Below, piece after piece: positions 14,401 through 30,100 of a DNA stretch of 64,000 nucleotides. Made by a program: the position numbers and the translations under genes. The DNA lies in the NCBI RefSeq assembly GCF_964194025.1, contig NC_134472.1, positions 29,016,001 to 29,080,000 on the forward strand, read 5' to 3'. Origin of the DNA: Convolutriloba macropyga (Eukaryota). The first letter of the stretch is position 1. Each line of letters begins with the position of its first letter. A model generated the notes under the pieces. The model did not search any database and was not told where the DNA came from. It saw only the letters and a program-made list of their open reading frames with translations.

Positions 14401-17400
14401 TTTGTTTATTGTCTACTTGTTCTTTTCGTAAACGCATAAAATATTGAATGCGACAGTTCTTCACTCCCTTCTATGGAAACATTGGTAATAAGCGAATTTT
14501 TCAACTTTACTGTTTTTGTTCTTTATTGTCTATTTGTTATCAAGCCTTATTATGGCTTGGTCCGATATCTTTTTTGGTGAATAACAAGTTATTTTATTTA
14601 GTTTCAGTTTTTTCTGACGCTATTGTGACTTTGTTATTAGGTTTTGTTTTTTACAACGGACAAAGTTTTTGATGCAATTAATGTTTGTTGTTGTAGTTTG
14701 ATTTTGCTGTTCGTCTTGACTCGCTTTCTTAATATTGGCATAACCCATCAATCTAATGCATCATTTTTTACTCCACTGAGTTATTTGCTTTGGAGCCTAT
14801 CTTTTCGTTCATACACCAACTTTTGAAAAATACTTGAATTTTTGGGTTTTTCTATCTGTTCCTCATTTGGTAGACAATTATGCCAAAATTGTGAATGAGC
14901 GCGATCGCACATTACCGAGAATCCTTGTTCTTAATTTTATGTTCAAATAGGTTCTGTAACTTCAAATAATGAAGCTCTGTAAAGCACTGGACTGTTAAGA
15001 TGCATTGCGCTGATGTTGATTTATAATTTCCTCCATTTATTAAAAAGTGAGCATGCAACATAATTATTAAAAAATTGATTAAAACTAGCGTCAATAAACA
15101 ACCATAGCAACAAATTTCAATAAACACGCTTAAATGATGTGCGGCAAAAATATCAAGAACCGCTTTTGAACTTGTAGATCGTGCTCCAATAACCGCATTA
15201 AAAATTGGATTAACTTAAACGTAGCTGAACGAACGAAGGATGAACCACGGACAATTTTTGGTGGCGTCTAGGATAAAGCAACTTAATGTCTTTATCCTAA
15301 TTTATAATGTCTTTAACATAATTTATCTTTTTTGAGAAGTCAGACAAAAAAAAGCATAATGAAGACAAGCATGATTAATATAATTGCTACACACTTCGTG
15401 TCACAGCAATTAATTATGATGCAAATTTTAAGTAAGCCAATCGAACCGATTAAAAAAGCGGACATGCTGCACTAAAAATCGAATATTTCGTTGCTTGCTA
15501 AGGAGTTAAACTTTTTTTGCAGAGTGTAATGCTTACGTGGTCACTGCTGCCTCCTCTGTGTACTTTGACAATTCCTCCTTCATTTGAGTGTTCTCATCAC
15601 GAAGACATTCGAATTCCTACAACACAACAACTCATCACATGGTTCAATCTGCGTCACTGCATAACTATGGTGACCAATCAAGAATAGTGAAGTAATTGTT
15701 ACCTTGAAAAAGTCTTCTTTCACATCCACGGGCAAGTCAGCTTTAGCACCAAATGCACTCGCAGCACTGGTCTAAACAATACGGAACAACCTCTACTGTA
15801 GTCTGCCTTATTTAGCTTTAGTCCTTTTTGAGAGCTGGTATATATATACAACATTGGTATTACCTTGGCTTCATATTTATACATCAGAACACATTCAACA
15901 TCTTGACACACATTTAATTAACAGTCAAAAGTAAAATGTCGACCTAATAGTCTATTTTTCACTGAACTTGCGCCAATTGACTCAATGGTAAACCAAATCT
16001 TATTATCACCTAAGACTGGCCTAGCGATAACACCACACAATTCAAGTGCAGCTGATGGTAACCTTCGTAATTTTACGATTTGAGCAAAAACGAGAAAATT
16101 AAAGACAGGTCAACTAATTACCTGCTTCACTGAAGAGTTGATGACCTCTGCAGTTAGATGGTCCAAATGATTGGTAATAGCAGAGATCTCACTTGTGGAC
16201 ACACTGCCGTTCACTGCCTCTTGATTATTCTCCTGATTCTAAACAAAGTTTAACAAATTCCGCTTCATTATACTAACCAATTTTCCATACTTGGAGCTAT
16301 GATTGTCGTATTATCATTAAAATAACTTAATCATTTATCATAACCATCTGGAAGAAGTACACCTTACTTATTGCAGTTAATCAGCCGGGTCTTCTCTCGC
16401 TCTTGGTCATTCAACAAATAATGTCATTCAGTCAATGATGTCATTCAAAAAGGTGTACTGCTCGGCATCAGCCGGTTCCACTAGCCTCTTCTTCAATTTT
16501 ACATTGTATTTTTTTTAAAAAAAGAAACCCCCTCCTTTTCGCTCCCTGACGTACCTCTTGGCTGATGTCTTTCTCGCTTTTCTTCACCGGACTCTCTTGT
16601 TGATTCAATACCCTTTTAGCTTTGGGCTTCCTGATAGTCTTCACCACAGCAGGTGTAGACTTCTGCTGCTGTTGCTGTTGGTCTGAGGAGCTGCTATCCT
16701 CCTCTTTCTGTTTGCTCTCTACCGCAGCGACAGATGCCGGGGTGGAGGCGGAAGCGGATAGTTTGGATTTGAGAGACTTGGCAACTTCAAGTGACGAGGT
16801 CGGAGTTTGCTTCACTTGCCTGCAAAGTACAGAATTGTCCATACATCAGCTGGATGAAAAGTAAGAGTTGTTAAAAAGATAGATATCAGTCAAAGGAAAG
16901 AAAAATCACTTCATACGTATAAAAATTCAGTTAAAACATTTTAAAATTTTTAATCCTGAAGAACATATTGAAGCAGAGGTTATGAGAAAAAACTTTGACA
17001 TTAGCTACGCTAAAAGTCATTATAATGGTTGATGGTTCTCTCGTTAAAACACCAATTCCAATTTAACATCCTAACAATTTACGCAGTACAAATTCGTATG
17101 TCAGGTAGCAAAATAGATTTTGCCCACAAATTCGAATTAAAGTGACTCCAATTTGATTGAAAAATGTAACGTGATTTACGTACAATGACGTCATCGTAAG
17201 GTCATAACCAAGATCTGATTGAAAAATAAGACGGCTCTTAATCACTTCTTGTATTTGAAAACAAAACAAGGAACAGCAGCCTCCAGAACAACCAGAAATT
17301 ATTGGAAAGATCTATATCTAAAGAAACAAATAGCGTCAATTGCTTCACAATTATAGATACCATTCTTCTATATCGATGCTACTGGAGCTATAAGTGCGAT

Positions 17401-20400
17401 TCATATCAAATCTGATCGTTCGAGACTAGACGAGAGCTCAGACCAGATCTACCAGACCACAAACTAATATATATCTTCTGGCTACTCAATATATCCTATT
17501 ACAGTTTGATCTGTAATGCCGAGCAACAATCCATTGCCATCCTGTCAAAATATATTCCAGTTAGTCTTCAAATTTTCGAAAACACGTTATCAAACTTAAA
17601 AAATAAAACTAACTTGTTCGGTGATGTTTTGTTGCCCAAAAACAGATAAGATGAATCAATAAAAGTAAATTTTATAAGGCCAACTAGACCAGAATGATTG
17701 TTTTCAGTAGTTTAAATTCTCAGCGGCCGTCTTCAAATATTAAATTTACTACAAATAACAACAGCGACGTGTACATTGTATTTAAAAAGAAGTCTCTGAA
17801 CAGAAAGCGCAGCTTAAACCACACAGCGAAGGCTTAACTAGGAAAAAACATACCGCATACACACACAATACCGTGCTATTAAAAAAGCGCGGCGTTTTAT
17901 TTTGTACATCGCTGAAACGTTCTAAATACATTTTTATACCATCATTATACACTTCTATCTCGCAGCAAATGCATATAATACACAAAGCTCACGCGAGTTC
18001 AATAGGTCGACAAAATGAAAAAACAAAAAAGCACCTCAAATTAGGTACAAAAAATGATTATTTCCCTCCCCAAAAATAACGCAACGCATTTTGAATGATT
18101 AACTGGAGCTTCAGCAAACCCGAATGTTACACCAACCTACATGTGTTGTAACACTAAAGGAACATGGTTTTATTCTTGGATTTATTGAACTATCGATAGA
18201 TATTAAGTTAAAATTGATGCCTCGCGAGTACCTAATTGAGCAACTGGCAAACGCAATTTCGGTTAGTACATTAGCAGATTTATACCAGATCCAGATCATC
18301 TCATATGACAAAAATCACTAGCACAAAACATCAATGATGAACTAAAAATGAAAGCTAAATAAAGAAAGGGCTCGTTAATGGCTTGACACAAAAAGTTTTA
18401 ACCTCTGACTTACAGAAAACACATTAAAAATGGTAGGCCTCGGAAAAACAACAATTTATATCGCAACTTTGAATTTTCGAAACTGGAACACATACAAACT
18501 GGAGATCAAATATTAAAATCTCTAAGATCAAAATAATTTTAGCGTCGGATAAAATAAAAGTCAAAATCTAATGCTTTGTTGCAAATTTCCACAGCCAAAA
18601 ATGTCTTTTTGAATAAAAACTCAATGACTCCACAAGTTTTCAGTTCTCGAAAAATTGACTCGACATAAAACATAAGAGTAAAATTGAAGGAAACAGAGTA
18701 ACATAACAACCTACTTTCAGCCGTGAGAAAACAAATAAAATAGCTGGAAAATTTAGAGAAAATAGCTGCAATAGCTTCATAGACCTTTAGCCTCAAAATA
18801 CCATTGAAAACAATGCAATCTGAAAAAATGAATAAATTCGTTTTTTACCATTTGTTGTGATGTCTATCTGATTTGAAATAGTCCTGCACAGTTACGCTCA
18901 TATCATCTTCCATTAGATTGAGACATCCTGAAATGACCTCAACCACTCGAATTAAAAACCTCAAAAATCAATTTACGCCGAGAGACGAGGAAAATTCATA
19001 TTGGAGTGAGATGTGAACAAAAATTATTTACACGAACGCAGAAAAAAATTGGTCCAGTTAGTGTGAAAAACGACAAGCAAGCAATTAAGTAAAAAAAACT
19101 GCATGCACGAATGAACAAAAGCTAATTTGAAGTAACATGATGTCATATTGCTTGAAAAAATCCGATTAGGAAAAAACCAGGAGAAGGCCAATAGTAGCTC
19201 AACTCAGCTATCGGTATCGCAGTTAAAAAACATTGTTAAAAAAATTTATAACATAAACCGACTAATGTCGGAAGAATTGCTCTCATAAAACATAGGAGTA
19301 AAATTGAAGGAGACAGAGTAACATAACAATCTACTTTCAGCCGTGAGAAAGCAAATAAAATAGCTGGAATATTTAGAGAAAATAGCTGCAATAGCTTCAT
19401 AGACCTTTAGCCTCAAAATACCTTTGAAAACAATGCAGTCTAAAAACTAAATAAATTCGTTTTTTACCAGTTGTTGTGATGTTTATCTGATTTGAAATAG
19501 TTCTGCTCAGTTTAGCTCATATCATCTTCCATTAGATTGAGACATCCTAAATGACCTCAACCACTCGAATTAAAAACCTCAAAAATCAATTTACGTCGAG
19601 AGACGAGGAAAATTCATTTCGAGAGTGAGATGTGACCAAAAATATTGACACGAACGCAGAAAAAAGTTGGTCCAATTAGTGTGAAAAACGACAAGCAAGC
19701 AATTAGGTAAAAAAAACTGCATGCACGAATGAACAAAAGTTAATTTGAAGTAACATGATGTCATATTGCTTGAAAAAATCTGATTAAGAAAAAACCAGGA
19801 GAAGGCCAATAGTAGCTCAACTCAGCTATCGGTATCGCAGTTAAAAAAATTGTTAAAAAAATTTAAAATATAAACCTACTAATATCGGAAGAATTGCTCT
19901 CGATCGACAGGCGGGTGGAAAAAAATTTGACCCCGGCGGGATTCAAACCACTGACCTCGCGCTCCACAACCAGATGCACTGACAACTCGGCTATCAGTCC
20001 CTTGTTTTTGCTATGTGCAACTGACTTTATATTAGAAACAAGCTTTACTTCGGAAAGAGCGCAATAGAGATCACTCAAAAATGAAGAACGAAAGCGTGAA
20101 AAAGTCACTTGAGAAGTCAAAGAATGTCCCAGAAGAAAATCGCAAAATGGTCAAGAAAAAAATTTGCATAAAAAAAGATCAACACATTTACAATAATTGC
20201 CATGAACTTCGTTCAAGAGCAAAACATAACCGGCAGATTGCCGAATAACAGCCGCCGTTGATTCCTATAACTCTATTGGGATTGAAAGAAAAGAACAAAT
20301 CAACGAAAATTGATTTTTGTATAAAAACATTTTTAAGTGCGATTAATTTTGATGTCATTTCGTAATTGAACATACTTCTGTCTCAGTGAGAGGATACAGG

Positions 20401-23400
20401 GTCTAGTATTAATACCAATAGGCATTATAGATAGTAACTAAAACTTATGAGAACAAAGTTAAAAGTACCGGGCATCTAAAAATGGGCTTTATGGGTTTAT
20501 CCCTTTTCTTCATTTTTAATTGCTTTGCTGAGCAGCTGTTGTTTAAAAGGACTTTGAGCAGAATGACAGAAGAGTGAAACTAGCCTAGAGAAGTCAAAAA
20601 GATTTCACGCAAAATGTCGAAAAAGCGGCAAAATGGGTAAAGCGAAAAAAAGTTCGACGATGTAAAAAAAATAGGAGCGCTAAAATAGCCGGCTGAGAAG
20701 ATGATGGGGGGCTATTAATAATCACTTTACTCATCTCAGAAACAGTGGATAGTTATTTTTAACAATGACGATGTGCACGTCACATATTCATCAGCTATTA
20801 CGAATTCACAGTGAACTAAAAATTGGTCGCTATAATTAGTGTTAAATAATTGCAATTTTCTAATAAAACAATAAACATACCCGGCAGATTGCCGGTGCCG
20901 GAAAATAGCCGCCGTTGATTCCAATATGCATGATTGGGATTGAACGAATAGAATATATTGAAAAAAAAGATTGTTGTACAAAAATATTTTTCAAGTCCGA
21001 TTTATTTTGATGGCATTTCGTAGTTGAACATACTTCTCTTTCTTAGAGAGAGGCTACAGGGGCTACTATCAACACCAATAAGCATTAGAGGTGGTAACTA
21101 AGACTTATAGGAACGACGTTCAAATAGCGGGCATCTAAAATTGGGCTTTATGGGTTTATCCCGTTTCTATTTCTGACTTCAATTTTTTATACCGACTCTG
21201 TTCATTTTGAATTGCTTTGCTTAGCAACTGATGTTCAAATTCACTTTTAGCAGAATGAGAGAAGAGAGAAACTAGCCTAGAGAAGTCAAAAAGATTTCAC
21301 GCAAAATGTCGAAAAAGCGGCAAAATGGTAAAGCGAAAAAAAGTTGGACGAAGTAAAAAAAAATACGAGCGCAATAATAGCCGGCTGAGAAGATGAGGGC
21401 GGCTATTAAACAGTTAATAGAAAAACGACAAAAGATTTGAAAGTTTTACAAATTTTTTTGTCAAGTTTTAAATTGCTCCGATAAGCAGGGACAGCCTGCA
21501 AATATTAATTTTTGCTTTTTAATATTTATAGCAATATGATGGCCCCCAAAATATTCGCTCCGAGGTCTTTTGATAGACATTGGAAATCTGCAAAAATTGT
21601 TACTTTTCTGTGTTCTTGAGTATAATGATCCCCTAATTGTTTTGCTACGATAAGTGTTTTCAAAATACCACTCCGATAAGAGAAACAATTGTCTCCCCAT
21701 GCCCGTGCATTTTGCGATATTTGTAAAAAGCAGACTTTTAAGCAGATTTGGCGCAAAACTGCAGAAAGATAGGATAAGTTATGGGAATCTGAGAGCCGTT
21801 CTTTGTATCTACTGCAGTGTAAGATAAACTGGTACCGATAACTCTGAAAACAAGTAAATTTGAAAACATACCCGGCAGATTGCCAAAAATAGCCGCCGTT
21901 GATTCCAATAAGCATGATTGGGATTGAAAGAATAGAAGAAACTGAAAAAAAAAGATTTTTGTACAAAAACATTTTTTAAGTCCGATTTATTTTGATGGCA
22001 TTTCTTAGTTGAACATAACGTAGTTCTGTTTCTTAGAAAGAAGCTACAGGGGCTACTATCAATACCAATAAGCATTAGAGATGGTAACTAAGACTTATAG
22101 GAACGACGTTCAAATAGCGGGCATCATAAATTGGGCTTTATGGGTTTATCCTGTTTCTATTTCTGACTTCAATTTTTATACTGACTCTTTTCATTTTGAA
22201 TTGCTTTGCTGAGCACCCGATGTTCAAAATCACTTTTAGCAGAATGAGAGAAGAGAGAAACTAGCTTAGAGAAGTCAAAAAGATATCACGCAAAATGTTG
22301 AAAAAGCGGCAAAATGAGGTAAAGCGAAACATTTTTTTATTCGACGAAGTAAAAAACATAGCAGGACAAGTCCTGCCGTACAATTCAAACAATTTTCATT
22401 GACTAAACAGAAAAACTAGACCTAGAATGGACTATTAGTGAATTGAGAAAACCATTTTAAAAAAATCAGATAAAAAGAAAAAAACAGAAAATCAATGTCA
22501 AAATGCCGCATGTGAACAAAAAAACCACTAGCGAGAAATTAAAATTTAAATCAAACAAAAAAATTAGGCCTAGAATGAGCTGTGAATGGATTGGGAAAAC
22601 CATTTAGAAAAAGAGCCGATCCAAAAAATCGAAAAAACAGTAAAAATCAGAGTGAAATTGCCGCATGTGAACAAAAAACCACTACCGAGAAACCGAATTT
22701 TTGTTCAAACACCGTTTTCTCACTCTACTTTAAAATTAGAGCGAAAAAAAATTCACACCGCACAACCACTCGCTTTTTCGCTCCATTTCCTGCTTCGGCG
22801 TAACCAAAGTCACTACTCCAATTTGACTTCAAAAATCATGAAAATGTGTGAACAGATCTTAAAAAAAAACATAGCCGGAAGAATTCCGGAAACGACTCGA
22901 AGTGAAAATCCATTTAAACGCCATCCAACTACTCATCAAACAAAACGTGCCTTCACTAATTTACGATTATCTTGAAACAAAGTCATGAAACAAAAAAGTA
23001 AAAACAATAAAATCAAATCTGTTAAAATATGATAAAAAATCTGATCAAATTTTGTTATAAATTGAGATCCCGAAGAAACTATCTCTGACAAAATAACTTC
23101 ATCAAAACAACTAGTACTTACAAAAACCACTTATGCGAAAATATTGAGAAAAATACTTTAGGCTAAAATTATGAAAAAAATAGCTCTTAAAAACAACTTT
23201 CACTGAAAAACTGGAAAAAGTTACTAAATTTTTTAATATTTCAAAAACATATAAATCCAAAGAAAAATTCCTTTCAGCCAAAAGGGTATCCAGATGCTCG
23301 CAAAACAATAGGCAAGTCATAATAGGCAAAGAAACTTACCAAAAAACAGAAAAAAAACGAAAAACTGCAAAAAATTAAGAAAAATAGTTCCAAATTTCGC

Positions 23401-26400
23401 TATTTTTTGTCATATTTCTCAACAGAAAAATGATTCTCACCCACAAAACTGTAACCAATTGTTATCATAAAATTGCTCAAGTAGAAGGGGTTTCTTCAAT
23501 ACCCATTTGAACCAGTAAAACAAAATAATCGTCAAGAGAACGCAAAAATTAGCCCGAAAATCAGCAAAATACATTAAAAACCTCCGAATTATCATAAAAT
23601 TCATAAGAATTTCCAGAAACCTTCACACCACTACCGAAACCAGTCTAAAATTAAAACAAAATCATAATCAAACCTCTGAACCGAAATAAATGAAAAAAAC
23701 TGCTTTAAAATGCCGCACGTGAAAAAAAAATTCGCTCGCTTAGAGAAAATTTTTTCACACATCAATTTCTCGCTCTCTCAAAAACAGCGGTATGAACAAA
23801 AACCACTCTATTTTCGCTCCGCTCTTCACTTTTGTTCAGCGCCAAAATCACTCCAAATTTTTTCACGCGTTTCATTTCCCGCTTCAAAAATCACTCCAAT
23901 AAAATTGATTTAAAAAAAGGGCTTCTCCAATACTCCTCTTCGAGTCGTAAAAAAAGACAGCGCCCCAATACAATTCAAATTCTTTGAATTGTAAAAAATA
24001 GGAGCGCTATAATAGCCGGCTGAGAAGATGAGGGCGGCTATTAAACAACATAATCAATCGACATTATAGTGCCAATGAGGGCACATAAGAGAGAAAACTG
24101 GACTCTCATATTTTTATAGTTTTCCTGAAATTTGAACAAAATTACAAACCTTTTATAGAACCGAATGATCGGAGTTACTTCCTGCAGTAAGAATCTATTT
24201 TTTTCAAAAAAAGTATGGATCTAGATTATTTCGGGTGAGGGGGCGAGGAATGGTCATTTCTTTGCTTTATCTCCTAGTGTTTTTTCAACATACCTATCAA
24301 TAGCTGCGAAAATGTCAACAAAGTTTAATCATCTCGAAATTTTGTGCCTTCATACAAATCCATAGAACAAAATCAATGAAACACTGTGAGTATTACATGG
24401 CGTAATATTACCGTCAAGCACAGAGTTCATTTAGCAGAGAACGATCTGTGCTATAAAGTCTAACAAAGCTATGTTTACAAAAAATATCAAATGAGTGATG
24501 AAACATTTCAGGTGGCTTATCTCACGCAAAATTGAACTATAACCCAATCACGTCGGATGAATTTCTCGCAAACGAAAAACGAGTAAGCAATTTAGATCAC
24601 ACAAGTATATTTGTCAAGGACACGAAACTCAAGCAAAAGACCCTCTTTGTCAGACAAAAATTTTGCATTAGACAGGACTACAGAACTTGCTTCAAACTTC
24701 CGTGCGGAGCTGTTAAAAAATAATTCGGGTAAGAGGCTGTCTCAAAATAATATAGATCTGACAGATATATAGTACAGATTAAAGCAACCGGAAGACTCCG
24801 GGCTCAGCTGGCAGTAATACTTGACAAAGAACGCAGATAGATCCTAGCTTAAATATACTATTTACTTTAAATTCAGTTATTAAAATTGTTATTAAAACGT
24901 AACAAAACTTTTTTAAAAATGGTGAACAATAAATACGAAACCAGATAAACTTTTCTGAAAATCTTCCACGCGTTTCGACTCCAAAATAATTATTCTCAAC
25001 AGACAGTGGACAGATCTTGAACGAACAGCCAAAGTCTCTATGATCAACAAGAAGGAAACCCAGAATTTAGTAGTCACAAGCTACTTAAGTCACAAACTAT
25101 TTAATTCATACAATTCAAATTTCTGATTTCAAATTAATCCATTTTCAAATCGAACACTAATGTCGTTCACGTAAAAAGGACTCACATTTCCATTAGTTGG
25201 ATGAGCTCTATCAAATGTCACTTAGAGTTTAATATTCACAAGGATTTTTAAAAAAGGTAATAGTATTGAGTGAGATAAATCATGTATCCTCAAAAGTTTT
25301 ATTAGAATTGCCCTAATAACTTATACAGAATGCAGAAACGAAAAATGTCACGTATACATATTCAGCTGCGAAGTGGAAGAAGTCGCTTAAAAGGTCGTTC
25401 TTCAAGTCGTTCTCACAGCGTGATCAAATGGTCGTAATAAAAACGACAAAATAGGAAAAAATAGCCAAAATCGACAAAAAGTAAGACCTGACTGAAGCCA
25501 CAGTCTTATAGCTTCTTATATTAAATTCATTAAACTATTAAAGCCTCAGTAAACAGTTGAACTGAAAAGCGCTTCTAGTTAGTCAGAGACTCACTTGACA
25601 TACAGAACATAAAAGAAAAACTTAAACAAAAATATTTCACTAATTTCAGTATAAACAGGGCCATCAACCAATCGATCTCCTCTACAAAACAACCCATGAA
25701 AACAAGCAAGTTAAAGCAAAAAACAAGTTAAAAACAAGCAAGTTGGCTTCGTCAATAGCTAGATAGTTTAGGGAGGATAGTTTTAGCTTAATATAAGAGC
25801 GCTGGGTTCGGGTGAAACGATGTGCAGGTGGGATTGAGTTGTGGGGGGGGGGGGGGTGTTGGGGGTGAAGGGAGCTCATTTTGGGGAGGTGTAAAGAGGA
25901 GGTCAGGTCTAAGAACCGCCCTTCACTCCGTGAATTTATGCCCCAAAATGGTTAACAGATCCGTGAATCGCATACTTCGAGTCTAGTGAACCAAAAGGCC
26001 CTAAAAGATTTAATGCCCTCCGGGCGTCATCTGTTTATCCCGTTTTGAGGAGGAGGAGGACAAAATGTGTCAGACGAAAAATCAGTGAAACACAAAAAGA
26101 CCATGCGACTAATATAATTGCTAAAACTTCGTTTCAGAGGCCAATATTTGATTGACTAAATTTAATGAAATTTCTTTATAGCAATAAAATCAAAAGAGTA
26201 TCACAGCCATCTTCAATGCTTACTGCAGGCCGAAAAATCCCCGAAAATCATCAAAAAATTTGAAGACGAGAAAACATACCTCTAAACATTGTCAAAACCA
26301 GCAATATGACACAATAGCACAAAATTGCGTTGCCCAAAAATAGATTGCCGCAATATGACACAAAAGCACAAAGTTGCGTTGCCCAAAAATCAATTGCCTC

Positions 26401-27137
26401 GAAAAAAATTCGTAGTTTACCAAAACCGTGTTCTTAAAGAGGATCCACAGGTATTAGTATCAATCATAATAACCATTAGAACTGGTAGATACGGCTAAAA
26501 CAAAATTAAAGTAAGGAACATCTAAACCCTTCAAGGGTTTATCCTGTTTCTATTTTCGATTTTTTGTTCGACGCTTACTCTTCAATTTAAACTACCTCTT
26601 CTGGGGGATTTTACTGAAGGATTGGGAGAAAAACCAAGAAAACTACAGAATTTGTAAGAAAAACGCATTCTAACTAATTGGAAAAAGGCTGTTTAAGCAG
26701 GAAAATTACTAGCTTATCTTTAACGCAAACAACATACTATTGATACCAATAGAATTAAAAAACAATCACTGTCACTAAAAACAAAAGTGAGAACAAAAAT
26801 CGCTGAAATTTTTTTAAACTAGCATTGTAACAAGCAGCAGCAAACTGCATCAACAAGTCTAATACATCTTCAAAATGTTCACCAAACTAATCTGGGTAGA
26901 TTGCCAAAAATGAAATTTTGTAATTGAAAGTTGAACATGATACTGTCTCTTAGTGAAAAGATACAGGGATTCGTAATTTTACCAACAAACAATAGAACTG
27001 GTAGCTTAGGCCAATTAGAAGTGAGTACTAATACTGAGCATCGAAAACCGTTCTTTACGGGTTCATCCGTTTTCTTTTCGTTTTTCAAAACTTTCATTAA
27101 GATTACTTTGCTTGAAAAAGTGCTATTTGAGCAACAT

Positions 27138-27185
<48 letters not shown>

Positions 27186-30100
27186 TAGATTAATTCATCC
27201 AGGTGAAAGTTAAATACAACAAAAGAATATTTATTAAATATCTTGCAGCATGGAACCAAGGGTGCAACCTTATGGGTACCTAAAACTCAAAAATATGTCT
27301 AACAAGGGTATGAATTTGCAATAGAGAACTTTGACACAAAAATTTTTGAAATTTGTAATATATTTAGGTTGTGAACATCCATTGGTAGTACTGAGTTAAT
27401 TTGCTGTGCTGTACAGTTTAAGGTTCTATGTTTTTTTTAATGAAGGCTCATCCAGACACTCAAATTTTGAGAGCCTTGTTTGTCTCAATTTTTTAAAAGT
27501 TAACATGTTATTAACATCGTCATGAAAAAGGTCACCTATCAATGATTTTAGAACAAACTTCAACAGTTTATGTAGATGAGCTATATGTTTCAATATATGT
27601 TTGTTTTCATTATAAAACAGTAGGACAGTTTGTGACTTGCGATCCAAGAAATAAAAAATCTAATAAACTGACTATAAAACCTCACACAAAACCAGCTCCT
27701 GATTGTCAACATCAACAAAGCACATGGCCCAAAAACACAAAACAAGAGCAAAAAACTAATATTTAAAAAAAGTTGAAATGTGAAGTGGAAGTCAAACACG
27801 TGACTACATACCAAAATCCTTAACAATATCATACTTTTTGAGGTTGAAATTCAAAAAAAAATCTTGCTTAATTAAACTCGAGGAGAATAGCAAAAATGCC
27901 AGCGTACTAAAGAATGAGTTAAAAATTGCAACTACCCGGGCAAAGTTATGTTTAAGCCTGAAACCCATTAGCTGAAAAAACAAGGACTGTAAAAATTCAA
28001 GTTAAAAATAAAAATGATTTGAAAATGCCGCAGATGACCACAAAAATCCCGGGGTGAGTGTGGGTACGGTGTGATTGAGTGGGGGTGGGTCAAAATTAAG
28101 AACCGTCCCTTAGACCATGAAATTGTCGCCTCAAAACAAATTTGGTGAATCGTATTCTGAGACTGGTTAGGCGTAAGGCTCAAACAGAACTTAAGGCCCT
28201 TTGCGCGCTACCTGTTCATCCGGCTTTTGAGGACGAAAAGTCAAATGGGTCAGACGAAAAATCGGTCAAGCAAAAAATTGAATAAAAAGACCACACGACT
28301 AATATAATTGCTACAAACTTTGTTTCAGAGCAATAAAAAAACTGTCCCTGAAATGCCGCTCGTAAACAAAAACAACCGACTAACGTCGGGCGAATTGCTC
28401 TCAAACGACCGGCGAGCAGTTGGCTTTGCCAGTAGCTAGCCACGGTTTAGTTATGCCAGATTTAGCTTGATTCGACTCTGCAACCTTTAGTATTTTAGCC
28501 TTGTTAGTAAATAAATAAAATAAAAAACTGATATTAAAAATTTGCAAATTATTGCAAAATTTAAAAAGAAAAGCTTCCAGAGTTGGCGGTGATAATGTTA
28601 AAAACTATTTTTTGTCTCTGTAGTTATGTCAAGTAACCCATCTGCAAGACTTGAAAAGCTTCGTTGGCCAGTAATGATCGTTAATCTAAGAGTAGGACAA
28701 AAATATTCAAAAATTTTGAAAACAATCGCAAATTTTAACAAAATCTTGCTAAAACTCAAGAAATTAAAGCCTTCGAAACCATTTAATTGTCTCAAGAGAT
28801 TATCCAGTATCCCTATTTCAAGCTTTAAATAGTTTCACTGGCTCATAAACTTGGAACACGATAATTTTAGGAAAATTTGAAAAACAATTTATCAAAAAAT
28901 TGCTCAAGCTGGAGTCATAAAAATATTGATAACCATTCCATTAACTCTAGAAACTATGCGACAGCTTATCTTCAAACCATGGAGGAGGGCCCTAGGACTC
29001 TGGTGCCGAAAAAAATGATAAAAAAATTCAAAAAGATTCAAAAAATTTGAATAAATCGCAAATATTTTTTAAAATTGCTGATATTAAAACATTCCATTAC
29101 ATAAAAAAACGAAAGCTCACAGAGCAGCTTCATGACGTCCTTGGTTCGGAAACTTAGATATTTTCTAATTTTCTGTTTGCAAAACGTCTGTGGCCTTTTA
29201 GAGTATCAATGCTTAAATTCTCTTACCACTGTGAGTCATTTTGTTCAGCAGATTCGTTGTCATTCGAAGCCGCACTCAATTGTTTCTCATTTTCAGCGTC
29301 AGCCTCATTTGTGGTCTAAAACCCATCCATCCCATGATAACAATTTGCAGTTAAAATCAATCAATGTGTTATGAAAACAGGTGTTAAATCAACTACAATT
29401 TCCGCAACTTGTTAAAACGGAACTGTATGTATTTATGTGTTACGAAATGAGTATGTCCGAACACTTCGAAATCTATTACAGTTCCTGATTACGCTCTCTG
29501 GTTTTCTGTTAGAACCTATATCGTATGAAATAACCAAATAGGTCACTGAAGACATGTGCTAGATTCATTAATTATTAGACACCAAACTTAACAAGAATCA
29601 CATTCAGAATTTGAAGTTGAACAATACAATCACTGCAATAAAAACTGGTTTAAAATCCATTTCGTACGGTTCTCACATTGAGTTCGCGCGTCCAGCAGGC
29701 GAACAAGGCCTCTCGTCATTAGCTACAGTTTTCCGCTTGTTTAAAGAGTTCGAAGTGACGTCCGACAAAGGGCTTCTGATGACGTCATAGCGGTCAATAT
29801 CAAATGGTAACGTGGACATAGAAGCCACACTTCGCAACATTGGCGGAGGTGTTATTTTTCGCAGCCTAGCGACTGCTGAGTCAGATAGAACGGTGAAGGA
29901 CCAACGTCTTTCATCTGTGTTCTCGTCACACTTGATTTAAAATATTCATTTGATGCAAATATCAAATCATGTCAAAATTAAAAAGAGCACATTTTCCGTT
30001 TGTTTTTTTTTAAAAAATTCGAGATTAGCTGGTAGGTTGCACTTTCTATAGCAAAATCTTTATTTGAACCGCACCACAATAAAAATATCCTTTGTGCAAA

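Noticed and set aside
19928-20001. Functional tRNA-His gene
   Set aside because: Acceptor, anticodon and T stems pair poorly and the sequence lies inside a dispersed repeat
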